The notes beneath the pieces are model-generated. The model had not been told where the DNA came from and ran no database searches. It was given only the letters and a program-made list of their open reading frames with translations. A program made the position numbers and the translations under genes. 64,000 nucleotides of DNA from Mobula hypostoma (taxonomy: Eukaryota), in assembly GCF_963921235.1 (NCBI RefSeq), contig NC_086097.1, forward strand, positions 226,674,001 to 226,738,000. The letters run 5' to 3'. Positions 23,109 through 35,700 of the stretch are shown piece after piece (positions within the stretch are counted from its first letter, which is position 1; every line of letters starts with the position of its first letter).

Positions 23109-23229
23109 AATGGTGCTATATGAATGCAGATTGCTGTCAATGTTAACGACTATTAATCAGCATCAGTATCAGTGGCATGGTGAACCAATGCCAACAAAAG
23201 AAAAGCAATAGCCAGAATGCAGCTCCACA

Positions 23230-23768
23230 AAGGTTAGGCCACACTTGGAGTACTGCGTCCAGTTCTGTTCACCTCACTTTAAGAAGAATGTGGAAGCTTT
23301 GGAAAGGGTACAGAGGAGATTTACCAGGATGCTGTCTGGTTTATAGAGAATGCATTATGATCAGAGATTAAGGGAGCTAGGGCTTTACTCTTTGGAGAGA
23401 AGGAGGATGAGAGGAGACATGATAGAGGTATACAGGATATTAAGAGGAATAGATAGAGTGGATAGCCAGCGCCTCTTCCCCAGGGCACCACTGCTCAGTA
23501 CAAGAAGATATGGCTTTAAGGTAAGGGGTGGGAAGTTCAAGGGGGATATTAGAGGAAGGTTTTTTACTCAGAGAGTGGTTGGTGCGTGAAATGCACTGCC
23601 TGAGTCAATGGTGGAGGCAGATACACTAGTGAAATTTAAGAGACTACCAGACAGGTATATGGAGGAATTTAAGGTGGGGGGGGGTATATGGGAGGCAAGG
23701 TTTAAGGGTCGGCACAACATTGTGGGCCATAGGGCCTGTACTCCGCTGTGCTGTACTATTCTATTCTA
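23230..23768 (+). mobile_element. CR1 LINE 3' fragment (same young family as 61033-63530)
   Basis: YDQRLRELGLYSLERRRMRGDMIEVY...FFTQRVVGA; 3' UTR ending tattctattct. Confidence 0.9.
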
Positions 23769-24439
23769 AAATTGAAATGACATGCTTCTAAATATTAGAA
23801 AATACAGGGGAGGGATTTCAAGGTTGTAATGTAATTGAGTAGTTTAAATGATTGTTATAAACTGCTTGAATTCATTCTCATGGTTGATGGCAGTGTCTGA
23901 ACCAAAAATTAGTTTATGACTTTGTAATCACTCCCAGCTATCTTTTCTTTGCTGTGAGAAACAGCTGAGTGAATATATTTGTTTCAGGGAGGTGCTTCAG
24001 TCGCTCACTCTGATGTATAACACACATTATAAATATATGAGCTGTAGAAATACTCATCAAAATCGATATCAAAAAAAAGGAATCAACATTGAAAGAATGT
24101 GTAGGTTGCTCGAAGCAATAGATTTTTGAAGCAGGTTGAGATCCTTGTATACATTAATTAACGTAAACAGAATAATGCTTTCAATTGACTCTCTGAGGCT
24201 CACTGTTTAACTACATGTACCTTCATATTTTTGCTTTGAAGAATTTCACAAAAAAAACATTGGCAATGCTCTTAAAATAGTGCACATTAGCACTTTTAAG
24301 CCTATGCTTACTCTGAAGTTTTGTAAGCATAAATTAACAAAGTCAAATTTGCAGTAATAGGAAGAATCTAAAGTGAGCTTTAAAAAACTCCATAACGCCA
24401 AAACACCACATAAGATTTGACTCCCCTAACACGCTGTAC

Positions 24440-25030
24440 ATTTTAGTGAGGCCACACGTGGAGTATTCTGTACTGTTCTATTCTCCTGACCAAACAAACA
24501 AAAAGGATACGCTCAAGTGCAGTGAAGAGGCAGCAGAGTAGTTTTGTGATATAGGTCTGTCAAATGAGGAAAAATTCGGCAGGCTCGGCCTCTATCTTCA
24601 GAGCTTAGACGAATGAGAGGTGACCATACTGACACAGACAAGATAATTAGATGGCTCAACATGATGGATGCAGGGAGTATATTTTATTTGTCTAAGGCGT
24701 CTGGATAGGACCATAAGGCATGGAGCAGAATTAGGCCATACAGCCCATTGAGCTTACTCTGCCATTCCAGATTGGCTGATTTGTTATCCCTCTCAACCCT
24801 CTATGGCAGGGGTTCCCAACCTAGGGTCCAGAGACCCTCCCCGGTTAATGTTAGGGGTCCACGGCATAAAAAAGGTTGGGAACCCCTGCCCTAAGGGGTT
24901 TATCTATGGATTAGAGTCTCAGGATAAAGGGTTTGCTATTTAGGTCGAAAAGGTAAAGAGATTTCTTCATTTTTTGAAATCTCTATGGGTGGGGTTGCTA
25001 TGGAAACAGCCATTGACTGCATTCATATCA
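24440..25030 (+). mobile_element. Old CR1 3' fragment containing an inverted CR1 tail (~24710-24800) and a hAT MITE
   Basis: gtgaggccacacgtggagtattc, gacgaatgagaggtgacc motifs; highly degenerate. Confidence 0.6.
24807..24888. mobile_element. 82-bp hAT (Charlie-like) MITE
   Basis: Perfect 15-bp TIRs CAGGGGTTCCCAACC / GGTTGGGAACCCCTG; 8-bp TSD ctctatgg / ccctaagg (6/8). Confidence 0.8.
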
Positions 25031-25446
25031 GTACATCTTAGCATATGGGGGAAAACTTTTGATCCCTAACACTGGAGATGAATGACCGTTTCCTGGGGCA
25101 CACAAGTCCAACAATAATCACAGGGCAAGACACTAGAAGGAGAACAAGGAGGAGGAGTGTCCTTAGCAGGAAGCCTTATCAAGCCAGGGTGTTCAGGAAG
25201 ACGTGATTGACAGGGAGGGATTAAAGGGGGAGGGGTGGCATCATGAGTCAAGGAGAATCACTGCAGTCATGTCTCTGGCACTGAGGCTGGCCCTGTGCTT
25301 CAGAAGGGAAACAGGGCGAAGCTGCAAGCTGTAGTGACAGGAGATTTGTTGGTTAGGGGAACAAGAAGGAAGTTCTGTGGACAAGAATGAGATGCCCATG
25401 TGGTCTGTTGCCTCCCAAGTGCCAGGGTCAGGAACAGCTTTCTCAA

Positions 25447-25575
25447 GCAAGAGAAAATATGCAGATGCTGGAAATCCAAGCAACACACACAAAACGCTGA
25501 AGGAACTCAGCAGTCCAGACAGCATCTACAGAAAAGAGTATAGTCGATGTTTTGGGCTGAGACGCTTCATCAGTT
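25447..25575 (-). mobile_element. Penelope-like pLTR fragment with degenerate hammerhead, nested in CR1
   Basis: aagagaaaatatgcagatgctggaaatccaagcaacacacacaaaacgctg...tagtcgatgttttgggctgagacgcttcatcag. Confidence 0.75.
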
Positions 25576-26118
25576 CTGATTTAGACATGATATATCAGGA
25601 GAGATTAACCGGGGAGGGGTAGCATTATTAGTCAGGGAAAATGTCACGACAGTACTCAGACTGGAGAGTTTTTCTACTGAGGCATTATGAGTAGAACTGG
25701 GGAGTAAGAAAGGAATGACCATAATGGGATCATATTATAGCCCACCCAACAGTCCATGGGTCTTAGAGGAGCTCATTTGTAGAAAGATTGTTGATTGTTG
25801 CAAGAAACATAAGGTTGTGATCGTAGGTGATTTAAACTTTCCTCATATTGACTGGGATTCTCATTCTGTAAAAGGGCTGGATAGGAAGGAGTTTGTGAAA
25901 TATGTTTAGGAAAATGGGGGCCCTTCAAAAGTAAAATTTTGAGAATTGCGAAGTTTACTCCTGTCAGAGTAAAAGAAAAGGATGACAGGTTTATGGAACC
26001 TTGCTTTACAAGAGATATTGAGGCCCAAGATATTTTAAAAAAGGAGGTGCATTGCAGGTTTAGGCACTTGAGAAGTATAAGAAATGCAAGAGAACACTTA
26101 AGAAGGAAATCAAGAGGG

Positions 26119-27260
26119 TGATTATAGGGATGACACAGCAGACTGAAAAGCTTGAGCATGTAGATATTAAAGAGGAGGATGCACTGGAGTTTTGGAAAGC
26201 ATCAAGTTGGATAAGTCACTGGGACTGGACGTGATGTACCCAAGGCTACCGTGGGAGACAAGGGAGGAGATTGCTGAGCCTCTGGCGATGAACTTTACAT
26301 CAACAATGGGGACAGGAGAGGTTCCAGAGGACTGGAGGGTTGCGGATGTTGTTCCCTTATTCAAGAAAGGGAGTAGAGAGAGCCCAGGAAATTATAGACC
26401 AGTGAGTCTTACTTCAGTGCTTGGTAAGTTGATGGAGAAGATCCTGAGAGGCAGGATTTATGAACATTTGGAGAGGCATAATATGATTAGGAATAATCAG
26501 CATGGCTTTGTGAAAGGCAGATCATGCCTTACGAGCCTGATTGAATTTTTTGAGGATGTGACTAAACACATCGATGAAGGTAGAGCAGTAGGTGTAGTGT
26601 ATATGGATTTCAGCAAGGCATTTGACAAGGTACCCCATGCAAGGCTTATTGAGAAAGTAAGGAGGCATGGGATCCAAGGGGACAATGCTTTGTGGATCCA
26701 GAACTGGCTTGCCCACAGAAAGCAAAGAGTGGTTGTAGACGGGTAATATTCTACATGGAGGTCGATCACCAGTGGAAACCATAGAATGGGTGCAGAGGAG
26801 ATTTACAAGGATGTTGCCTGGATTGGGGAGCATGCCTTATGAGAATAGGTTAAGTGAACTCAGCCTTTTTTCCTTCGAGTGACAGAGGATGAGAGGTGAC
26901 CTGATAGAGGTGTTTAAGATGATGAGAGGCATTGACTGTGTGGATAGTCAGAGGCTTTTTTCCAGGGCTGAAATGGCTAGTACGAGATGGCACAGTTTTA
27001 AGGTGCTTGGATGTAGGTACAGAGGAGATGTCAGGGGTAAGTTTTTTACACAGAGAATGGTGAGTACGTGGAATGGGCTGCCAGTGACAGTGGTGGAGGC
27101 AGATACAACAGGGTCTTTTAAGAGACTCCTGGACAAGCACATGGAGCTCCGAGAAATAGAGGGCTATGGGTAACCCTAGGTAATTTCTAAGGTAAGGACA
27201 TGTTTGACACAGCTTTGTGGACCGAAGGGCCTGTATTGTGCTGTAGGTATTCTATGTTTC
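26119..27260 (+). mobile_element. Younger CR1 LINE (RT fragment, internal deletion at ~26775, 3' UTR) nested in an older CR1
   Basis: ORF 26192..26746 with NYRPVSLTSVLGKLME, QHGFVKGRSCLTSL, VVYMDFSKAFDKVPH; tail ttctatgtttct. Confidence 0.9.
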
Positions 27261-28121
27261 TGAAAGAAGACATGAGGTTGCTCTAGCAGACAAAGTGAAG
27301 GAGTATCCTTAGGGGCTTCCACAGATATATTAAAAACAAAATGATAGCAAAGAACAAAATCGGTCCTCTGGCAGATCAGAATGGTAATCTATGCATGGAG
27401 CCGAAAGTGATGAGAGAGTTCTTAAATGGATTTTTTGCATCTTTATTTACTTGGGATAAGGACACAGAGACTATTGAAGTGAAGCAAAGCAGCAGCGAGA
27501 TCATGGGCCCTATACAGATTACAGAGGAGGAGGTGTTTGCTGTCTTGAGGTAAATTAGGGTAGATAAATCCCCAGGGCCTGACAGTGTGTTCCCTCAGAC
27601 TCCATGGGAGGCTAATGCAGTAATTGCAGAGGCCTTAGCAGAGATATTTAAAATATTCTTAGCCACGGGTGAGGTGCCGGAGGAGTGGAGGATAGCTAAT
27701 GTTGTTCTGTTGTTTAAGGAAGGCTGTAAGAATAAGCCAGGAAATTATAGGCAGATGAGACCGACATCAGTAGTGGGAAAATTATTGGAAGGTATTCAAA
27801 GGGTCCAGATATGTACGTAAGTATTTGGATAGGCAGGACTGATTGGTGATAGTTAACATGGCTTTGTGCGTGGTAAATTGTGACTAATGAATCTTATGGG
27901 GTTTTTTGAGAAAGTTACCAGGAAAATTGATGAAGGCACCGCTGTGGATGTTACCTATGTCAATGGTTCTCAACGTGGGCCATGCCGGATTTTCTAGGGG
28001 CCACAAGTGAAAAAATAAGAAACTAGAGGCCACAGGAGTTTCTGAATGGGCCATGATAAGTTTACTGTTTTAATGAAACATTACTAAAATATATAAATAA
28101 AGAAAGAAATGTATATATGTA

Positions 28122-28262
28122 CAAACCCCATTTCCAGAAAAGTTGGGATATTTTCCAAAATGCAATAAAAGCAAAAATCTGTGATACGTTAATTCACGTG
28201 AACTTTTACTTAACTGACAAAAGTACAAAGAAAAGATTTTCAATAGTTTTGCTGACCAACTT
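28122..28262. mobile_element. Tc1-like transposon left end fragment
   Basis: TA-CAAACCCCATTTCCAGAAAAGTTGGGA resembles recalled fish Tc1 TIRs; truncated. Confidence 0.55.
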
Positions 28263-28510
28263 AATTGCCAAGCTGTGTGGGTCCTAATGCCCTTCCCTTG
28301 GACAACATTGGTGGTGTGGAGAGGTGAGACTTGCAGCATGGGCAACTGCCCAGGCTTGCACCCTGGAAACCTTCCAAGGCGCAAATCCATCCTGACGAAG
28401 GGCCTCGGCCTGAAAAGTCGACTGCACCTCTTCCTAGAGATGCTGCCTGGCCTGCTGCGTTCACCAGCAACTTTTATGTGTGTCTCATGAGACTAATGGA
28501 CGCCTATAAA
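28263..28510 (+). mobile_element. RTE-derived SINE fragment interrupted by a Penelope-like fragment (~28390-28482) starting at a hammerhead core
   Basis: ...ccaaggcgcaaatccat|cctgacgaagggcctcggcctgaaaagtcgactg...tgtgtg|tctcatgagactaatggacgcctataa. Confidence 0.65.
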
Positions 28511-29594
28511 TTCCTTATAAAATAAATGTGCAAAATTTTGCAATCTGGTGCTTAATGACATATAGAATTCTTTTCTTATAGTATTGTTAAAAATAATCTA
28601 AAGGAAAATTATGAACAGACCTCATGCCTGCATTATTAGCATCAGTATTCCAATATTGCCAAAGTCACTTGTTGTTGCTGTTGGATCTCAGCTAAATTAT
28701 GTTTTGAACAGATACTTCCTTGTAACTCCAGTTTATCTTGGGAGCTGCTGCATCTCTCACGATAGCTGGAGTAAGTGCTTTGAAACCTGATGTTTAGTGT
28801 TTGTACACTAAACAGGCAAATGTTGCGTTCCTTCTCAGGTTCCTACAAGGCCAGAGCTAGATTTTGACTTGTGTGGAAGTGTAAGATGGGTGGTAGTGAA
28901 TCTGCAGTCCTTCCATCTGTCCTGATTTTAGTTTCTCTAAAATTTCTTGGTAAAATTGGCATCTGATTTGATATCTTCTGTCTCATCCTATTGCAGAAGA
29001 TCAAAACCCTGAGTCGCTCACCTGGATAGGTTTCCTTTTGGTGCTCTTGTTTCTGCCCACGTTCCAAAGATGTATGGGCTAGTAGGTTAATCAGTCACAT
29101 GTAGGGTGTTTCGATGGGCCAGAAAGGCCTGTTACTGTCCCCATTCTCTAAGTAAATAGAAATAAAATTCTCCCCCAAATCAGTGTGACTATTCAGTGAA
29201 TCTGAATGCAGAGACTTGAGACTTATTTTTGGCTCTTTAGAAATGATTTTTGATCTGTGGATATTTGAGACAGTAAGTGAATCATAGATGTACTTTATTG
29301 CTGGATGGTATCATCCTCGTAAGAAACTGTCACATAGAGTGGGATTCATAATTTTCTGTATGGTTGTTTTAGGTTGAGTTTCACAGATTGGTTATATAGT
29401 ATTCACTAAACCACTTCACTGGGATATTTATAATTCACAGTTTCCAAAGACCATATCATAATATGGTTAGCAGAGTAATATTCATATGGGACTTTTAAGT
29501 TTTATCAGTGGCTTTTGCCCAAAGACCTTCGTTATTTCCTGCTAACCTGGAGTAGCAGAGGTTGACTTTTGAAGTACAGAACTGTGACCTTGAC

Positions 29595-30400
29595 AGTTAG
29601 GTTCAATAGGTACATTAAATGTCAGAGAAATGAATACAATATACATCCTGAAATTCTTTTTCTTTGCAAACATCCACAAAAACAGAGGAGCGCCCCAAAG
29701 AATGAATGACAGTTAAACATTAGAGCCCCAAAGCCCCCCCCAGCTCCCCCTCCCATTCACAAGCAGCAGCAGAAAGGCAATGACCCACCCTCCACCCCCA
29801 CCAGCAAAAAAGCACCAGCACCCTCCACTGAGCACTCAAGCAAGCAGCAAAGCATCAATAAAGACACAGACTTGCAGTACCCCAAAGACTATGTGTTCAC
29901 CCGGTAATTCGACATAACACAGGCTCTCTCTCTCCCTAATAGGAGAAAAAGAGGTGTCCCCATTTCACAGCGAGAGGGGAGACATAACAAACAGCTCAAT
30001 GATTTATGATGTTAAAAGTCTGTTGCATCGCTTTTTCCGAGCTCTTTGCCCAGAGAATCGGCCCTGGAATGGCTCAGATCTCCGGACACACAGCCGGCAG
30101 CTAACCTGCTGCTCCCGATGTTCCGTGTTCTCCCGCAATGCCTAAGTCAGGGGCACTGGTCTCTAGAGGCATGAAAATCTGGCACCCTGAAGGTGCACTA
30201 GTCTTCCTGGCCGTGTCCTTGGGATATCAAAAAGCAGGCCGTCCTGAGGCCCTGACAGCAGGTCCCATTCCCACAAAGAACCAAAGTCAGAGTGTAACTC
30301 CAAGTCAGGTTCAAAAGAACCTTGAAAAGGAAAAAGAGATAGAAATTGAGCTGTTTCGGAAGATACAAGCAAAGGAATCCTCGTTGAGTGCCATTTGGCT
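29595..30400 (-). mobile_element. Unclassified non-autonomous retroelement with LINE-like 3' tail
   Basis: Minus-strand tail ...catttctctgacatttaatgtacctattgaacc; GC/CpG-richer than flanks; no recognisable protein motif. Confidence 0.45.
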
Positions 30401-30949
30401 TTGCTCTGCCCTCCAACTTGTTAAGGTTAAATATCAAGCATCATAATTAAAGAATAAAAGTTAGAACCAAACCAGTAATAAAGCTTAAACTCTGAAGCTT
30501 TTGGAGCAGAGATGATGGGCTGAATGGCCTATTTCTGCTCATATGTCTTATGGTTTAAGATGGAATAGAAACTATATTGAGTATTTCACATTAAAACTTT
30601 GTATAAAGATAATTTGTAGGATTTCATTAGATATCAATATTCCTTGTCATTTTGAATTCATTCTGCAACATGTCATTTTCACTGGGATGACTGTGTTTGT
30701 TGTCCATCTCATATTGCCCTTGACAAGATGGTGTTGAGCCATCTCCTCAAACAATGGTAGACCTTCTCGTGAAAGTATTGCCACATTGCTGTAACGCAGA
30801 AAAATCAGGATTTAGCAACAACAATATATTTTCAACTCAGGATGTGACATGGAGGGGAATCAACTGGAAGCAGTTTTCCTAAATGCCTTGCTTTTGTCCA
30901 TTTTAGTGGTTGGAGTGTCACATTTGAAACTTGCTCTTGAGGTAGCAAA

Positions 30950-31455
30950 GGCAAGTAGCATAGTGGTTAGCATAAAGCTTCACAGCACAAGCAATAACTG
31001 ATCGGGATTTAATTCCTACCACTGGCTGTAAGGAGTTTCTACATTCTCCGGCAGGTCAAAGGGTTTCGGCCCGAAACATTGACTGTACTTCTGTCCATAG
31101 ATGCTGCCTAGCCTACTGGGTTCCTCCAGCATTTTGTGTATGTTGCTCGGATTTCCAGCATCTGCGGATTTTCTCTTGTTTGCGAGAATCTTCACTAATT
31201 TGACTTGATGCAAGCCACGCATTTCACTGCATATTATTTATTTATTTATTTATTTGTTTATTTTTGCAATACAATGCTGAATAGGCCCTTCAAGCTGTGC
31301 TGCACAGCAACCCCTGGATTTAACCCTACCCTAAACACGGGACAATTTACACTGATTATTTAACGTATCAATTCCCTATGGATTGTGGGAGGAAACCAGA
31401 GCACCCGGAGGAAACCCTTGCTTCGATGTATATGTCACAAATAAAGCTAACCTAT
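30950..31455. mobile_element. SINE cluster: + strand tRNA SINE interrupted by a Penelope-like fragment (~31057-31183, +) and an inverted V-SINE (~31236-31420)
   Basis: gtagcatagtggttagcata head; gggtttcggcccgaaacattgactg truncated hammerhead; (ttta)n tail and gtgggaggaaaccagagcacccggaggaaaccc core. Confidence 0.7.
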
Positions 31456-31715
31456 GTTGTTTTAGTGCATATAACAGATCTCAGGACCCGGTAATCAAGT
31501 GCTCTTCTTTGTTCTGCTATCCATCTTTGACTAAAAGCAAAAATAGAGTTTTTAAATGAATGAGTTGTAGTCGAAGCTTTAAAGCTCCAATGAGAACACA
31601 AATATTCATTCAGGGGGCCAGAATTCAGCCCAGTTTTCATGTGGAAGTACCATTTGAACTTGATTCTCCTGAGGGAGCTTTTGATTTCTACTTGGTGAAA
31701 GGAGGAAGACCCTTA

Positions 31716-32345
31716 AGGCTGATTTATACTTCTGTGTAGGCTCTACGCCGTAGCCTACGCAAGTGGCCTACGCCGTTGTGAGCATTTATACTTGTGCGTT
31801 GGTGCATCTGCGTCGCTCTGCAATTCACCGCCAAAACGCTAGTTGGCGGTGGGGTTTCTATGCCACTGTGTTGAGTTTCTTTGTGTACTTCCAACAATGG
31901 CGACTGAAACTGAGCAGATCATGTTGGAGTTGGAGCTAATAAATGTTGAACAAGAGTTACTTTTATTGAAATTACTGCAACGTAGAAAAGAGAGAAGACG
32001 TCGGAGGAGATGGTGTGTACGACCATTAACGGATTGAGGCAGAAGGAGGGTGAATTTTCTGTGCTTGTCCAGCCACTGACAGACATGGACGACGAAATAC
32101 ATTTCAAATATTTTCGGATGTCGGCAGGTAGATTTGATGATTTGATGAGAAGAAGCAACCGGAAATGCTTAGGAGGAAATGCGATGCTACCAACCGGACC
32201 AATCACAGTTGTGGCCTGCATTGCCGCGACGCGTAGTTACATTTTTGGGGAGGTGCGCGTCAGGCTACGGCATAGGGTATGACATAGGGTACGCGGCTAT
32301 GCCATATCTACGGCATAGATTTGATGCAGAAGTATAAATTGGCCT
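31716..32345 (+). mobile_element. PIF/Harbinger non-autonomous transposon retaining the 5' part of the transposase
   Basis: TIRs AGGCTGATTTATACTTCTG / CAGAAGTATAAATTGGCCT, TTA TSD on both sides; peptide [11 protein letters not shown] / [37 protein letters not shown] typical of Harbinger transposase N-termini. Confidence 0.9.
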
Positions 32346-32714
32346 TTAATCTTGACCAAGGATAGACCTATCTCCTTACATGCAGCAGCGGGAATTGAAC
32401 GCAGAGTGCTGGTCCTGTAAAGCATTGGCTGACCAGTACGCTACCATGCCACACTTGTGTGCATAAACAATTAGTTTTCCTGATCAAAAATACCAGAAAA
32501 ATTACTGTTGAAGCACAAGCTTATGGTATTGCAACATCTGCTACACAAAAAAGACAGCTAATGATATTAAACTCACTTTGGAGATCACTTAACACTGCAG
32601 TTTTTGTAAACTAAATTCAATTATAATTAAGAAAACCCAAAGCTTCAGCATTCAACATGGCAGTGTGTACAGTTGTCTTTACCATGCACATAATAAACTT
32701 TATGCTGTCACATG

Positions 32715-35700
32715 GAAAACAAAGATTTGGAACAGATGAGTTATTTTCAGGCTGGAAGGATGTAACTAGTGGAGTACCTCAGGGATCAGTTCTTGGCTCA
32801 CAATTGCTTTCTATTTATGCGGATGAATTGATGGGGAGGATGAAATATGAAGTTTCCAAGTTTGCTGTTGATATAAAAATAGGTGGAAGGGCATGTTGTG
32901 AGGAGGATATTGCTATTCTTCAACAGCATATAGATAATTTGAGTGACTGAGCAAAAAGCCTGGCAAATGGAGTATAATAGGGCGAAGTGTGAGGTCAGGC
33001 CCTTCAGTAGAAGGAATCAAAAAGTGAAATATTTTCTAAGCAGAAAGAGACTGAAAATGAGTGAAGTTTAGAGAGATCTACCGTAGGTGTTCTGGTGTAT
33101 GACTCACAAGAAAGGAGCAGGCAGTTAAGAATATAAATAGCATGTTCAAGTCAAGTCAAGTTTCTTGTCATTTAACTATATACATGTATACTGCCAAAGG
33201 AGACAATGTTTCTCTGGACCAGGGTGTAAAGCACACTAGTACCCATAGTACACATATAACACACTATAACTTAAAATAAGAATTAAATTCACAATTGAAT
33301 TATGCATAGATGAACAAAGTAAAGTACATGAATTAAATATTGTAGGGTACAGTAATTATCCGATGACATTTTGAATGCGATGCGGCAAGAAGTTCAGAAG
33401 CCTAGTGGCCTGAATGAAGAAGCTGTTTCCCATTCTGACCATTCTTGGCCTTATGCATTAGAGTCACCTGCTTAGTGGTAGAAAGCCAAAGAGGAAGCTG
33501 GATGGATGGATAGGATCCTTAATAATACTAAGGGCCTTGCGTACACAGCGCTCCTGACAAATATCCCCAGTGGATGGTAGGGAGACCCCTTTGATCCTCT
33601 CGGCCATTCTCACTGTCCTTTGTAGGGTCTGATATGCTGCTCCTCCCAAACCATATGGAGATGCAGCTTGTCAGAATGCTGTCAATGGTGCTCCTGCAAA
33701 ATACAGTTAAGATAGAGAGGGGGACATTTGCCTCAATCTTCTCAGGAAGTGGAGGTGTTGCTCTGCCTTCTTATTCAGGGAGTCCGTGATGTGAACTCCC
33801 AGGGACTTGGTGCATTTAAGCTTCTCTACAGAGGAGCCATATATGTGCAGAAGGGGATGGTTCATCCTCACCTTCCTGAAGAACTGGAATACTTTTCACA
33901 CAGAGACAACCCGGAAGTGTAGCGGTTAGCATAACGCTATTACAACGCCAGCTGCAAGATCAGACTTCAATTCCTTCCGCTGAATGTGAGGAATTTGCAT
34001 GGCCACGTGGGTTCCGGTTTCCTCCCACAGTTCAAAGATTAGGGTTAGGAAGTCGCAGGAATGCTATATTGGCACCAGAACCATGGCGACTCTTGCTGGC
34101 TGCCCAATACAATCCTCGCTGATTTAATTTGATGCAAACGACACATTTCACAAATAAAGCTGATCTTTAAATCTCCTTAAAGGGATATTGTAGCACTGGA
34201 GGCAGTCCTGAGAACATTCACCAGGCTGATTCTTGGGATGTGAAAAGGGTTGCCCTTATCAAGAGTGACTAGATGAGATTTGAGTCTGATGGGAATTTAG
34301 AGAGAATGAGGGGTGATCTTCTTCAAGTACAAGGGGTGGTTGATAAGTTTGTGGCCTAAGGTAGACAGAGTCAATTTTAGAAAACCTAGCACATTTATTT
34401 TCCCTACATTTACACACATAGTCCAGTGGTCGTGGAGCATACGGATCCCTTCTTTGTAGAAGTCGGTGTCTTGGACCTCCAGAAAGTGGTCCACAGCAGG
34501 GGTGATTGATAAGTTTGTGGCCTAAGGTAGAAGGAGATGAGTTATTAACTTCAAACTTTCTGCATTTTCACTCAAAGAATTGAACTGCACATACATGTAA
34601 CGAGAGCTGTATAACTCATTGCCTTCTACCCAAGGCCACGAACTTATCAATCATCCCTGCTGTGGACCACCTGGAGATGCAAGATGCTCTCGTTACATGC
34701 ACGTGCTGTTCAACTCTTTGAGTGATAATGCAGAAAGCTTGAAGTTAATAACTCATCTTTCTACCTTAGGCCACGAACTTATCAATCACCCCTGCTGTGG
34801 ACCACTTCTACAAAGATGGGATTCGTATGCTCCACGACCGCTGGACTAAGTGTGTACATGTGGGAGGGGACTGTGTTGAAAAATAAATGTGCTAGGTTTT
34901 CTAAAATTGATTCCTTCTACCTCAGGCCTGGTATATATGATCCTAAAGGGGCAGGACAGAATAGAAGATGACATGTTCTCACAAGTGAAAGAGTCATGAA
35001 CAAGGGGACAGAGCTATTAAATAAAAATCAGAATCAGCATCCAGTTTAATATCACCGGCAAAAAATCATGACATTTGTTAACTTCATGGCAGCAGCACAA
35101 TACAATACATAATAAATATAGAAAAGAAAACTGAATTACTGTAAGTATATATAATATATATATATATATATACACACACATACACACACTTACATATATT
35201 AACTAATATATATATATATATATTCAATAGTTAAACTGAAATAAGTAGTGCAAAGACAGATATTTAAAACTTAGTGAGGTAATTAAAAATTAGTGAGGTA
35301 GTGTTCATAGGTTCAATGTCCACTTAGAAATCAGATGGCAGATGGGACTAAACTTTTCCTGAATCACTGAGTGTGTGCCTTCAGGCTTCTATACCTCCTT
35401 CCTGATGGTAACAGTGAGAAGAGGGTGATGAGGGTCCTTTCTGAGCAACTGCTCCTTGAAGATGTCTTGGATTCTACAAAGGCTAGTACCCATGACGGAG
35501 CTGACTAATTTTACCACTCTCTGCAGTTTACTTTGATCCCATGCAGCAGTCACCCCTTTCACCCCCACCCACCGCCCCCCATACCAGAGGGTGATGTAAC
35601 CAGATAGAATGTTCTCCACGGTACATCTGTAGAAGTTTGAGTGTTTCAGGTGATAAACCAAATCTCCTCAACGCCTAATGAAATATAGCCGCTGTACTTA

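Larger units (their letters stand above)
25170..27960 (+). mobile_element. Old, internally deleted CR1 LINE (ORF1 end, APE endonuclease, RT) hosting nested insertions
   Basis: VCCLPSARV-like ORF1 remnant (~25400), VVIVGDLNFPHIDW (APE), DKSPGPD, GEVPEEWRIANVVLLFK; host sequence resumes at 27261 after the nested CR1. Confidence 0.8.

Noticed and set aside
34330..34931. Repeated ~35-bp units with spacers resembling a CRISPR array
   Set aside because: Units occur in both orientations and are mariner TIRs; eukaryotic context, no cas genes.
35150..35222. (TA)n/(CA)n tracts (also 18696-18726 and 42788-42803)
   Set aside because: Ordinary microsatellites, mostly within LINE 3' UTRs.
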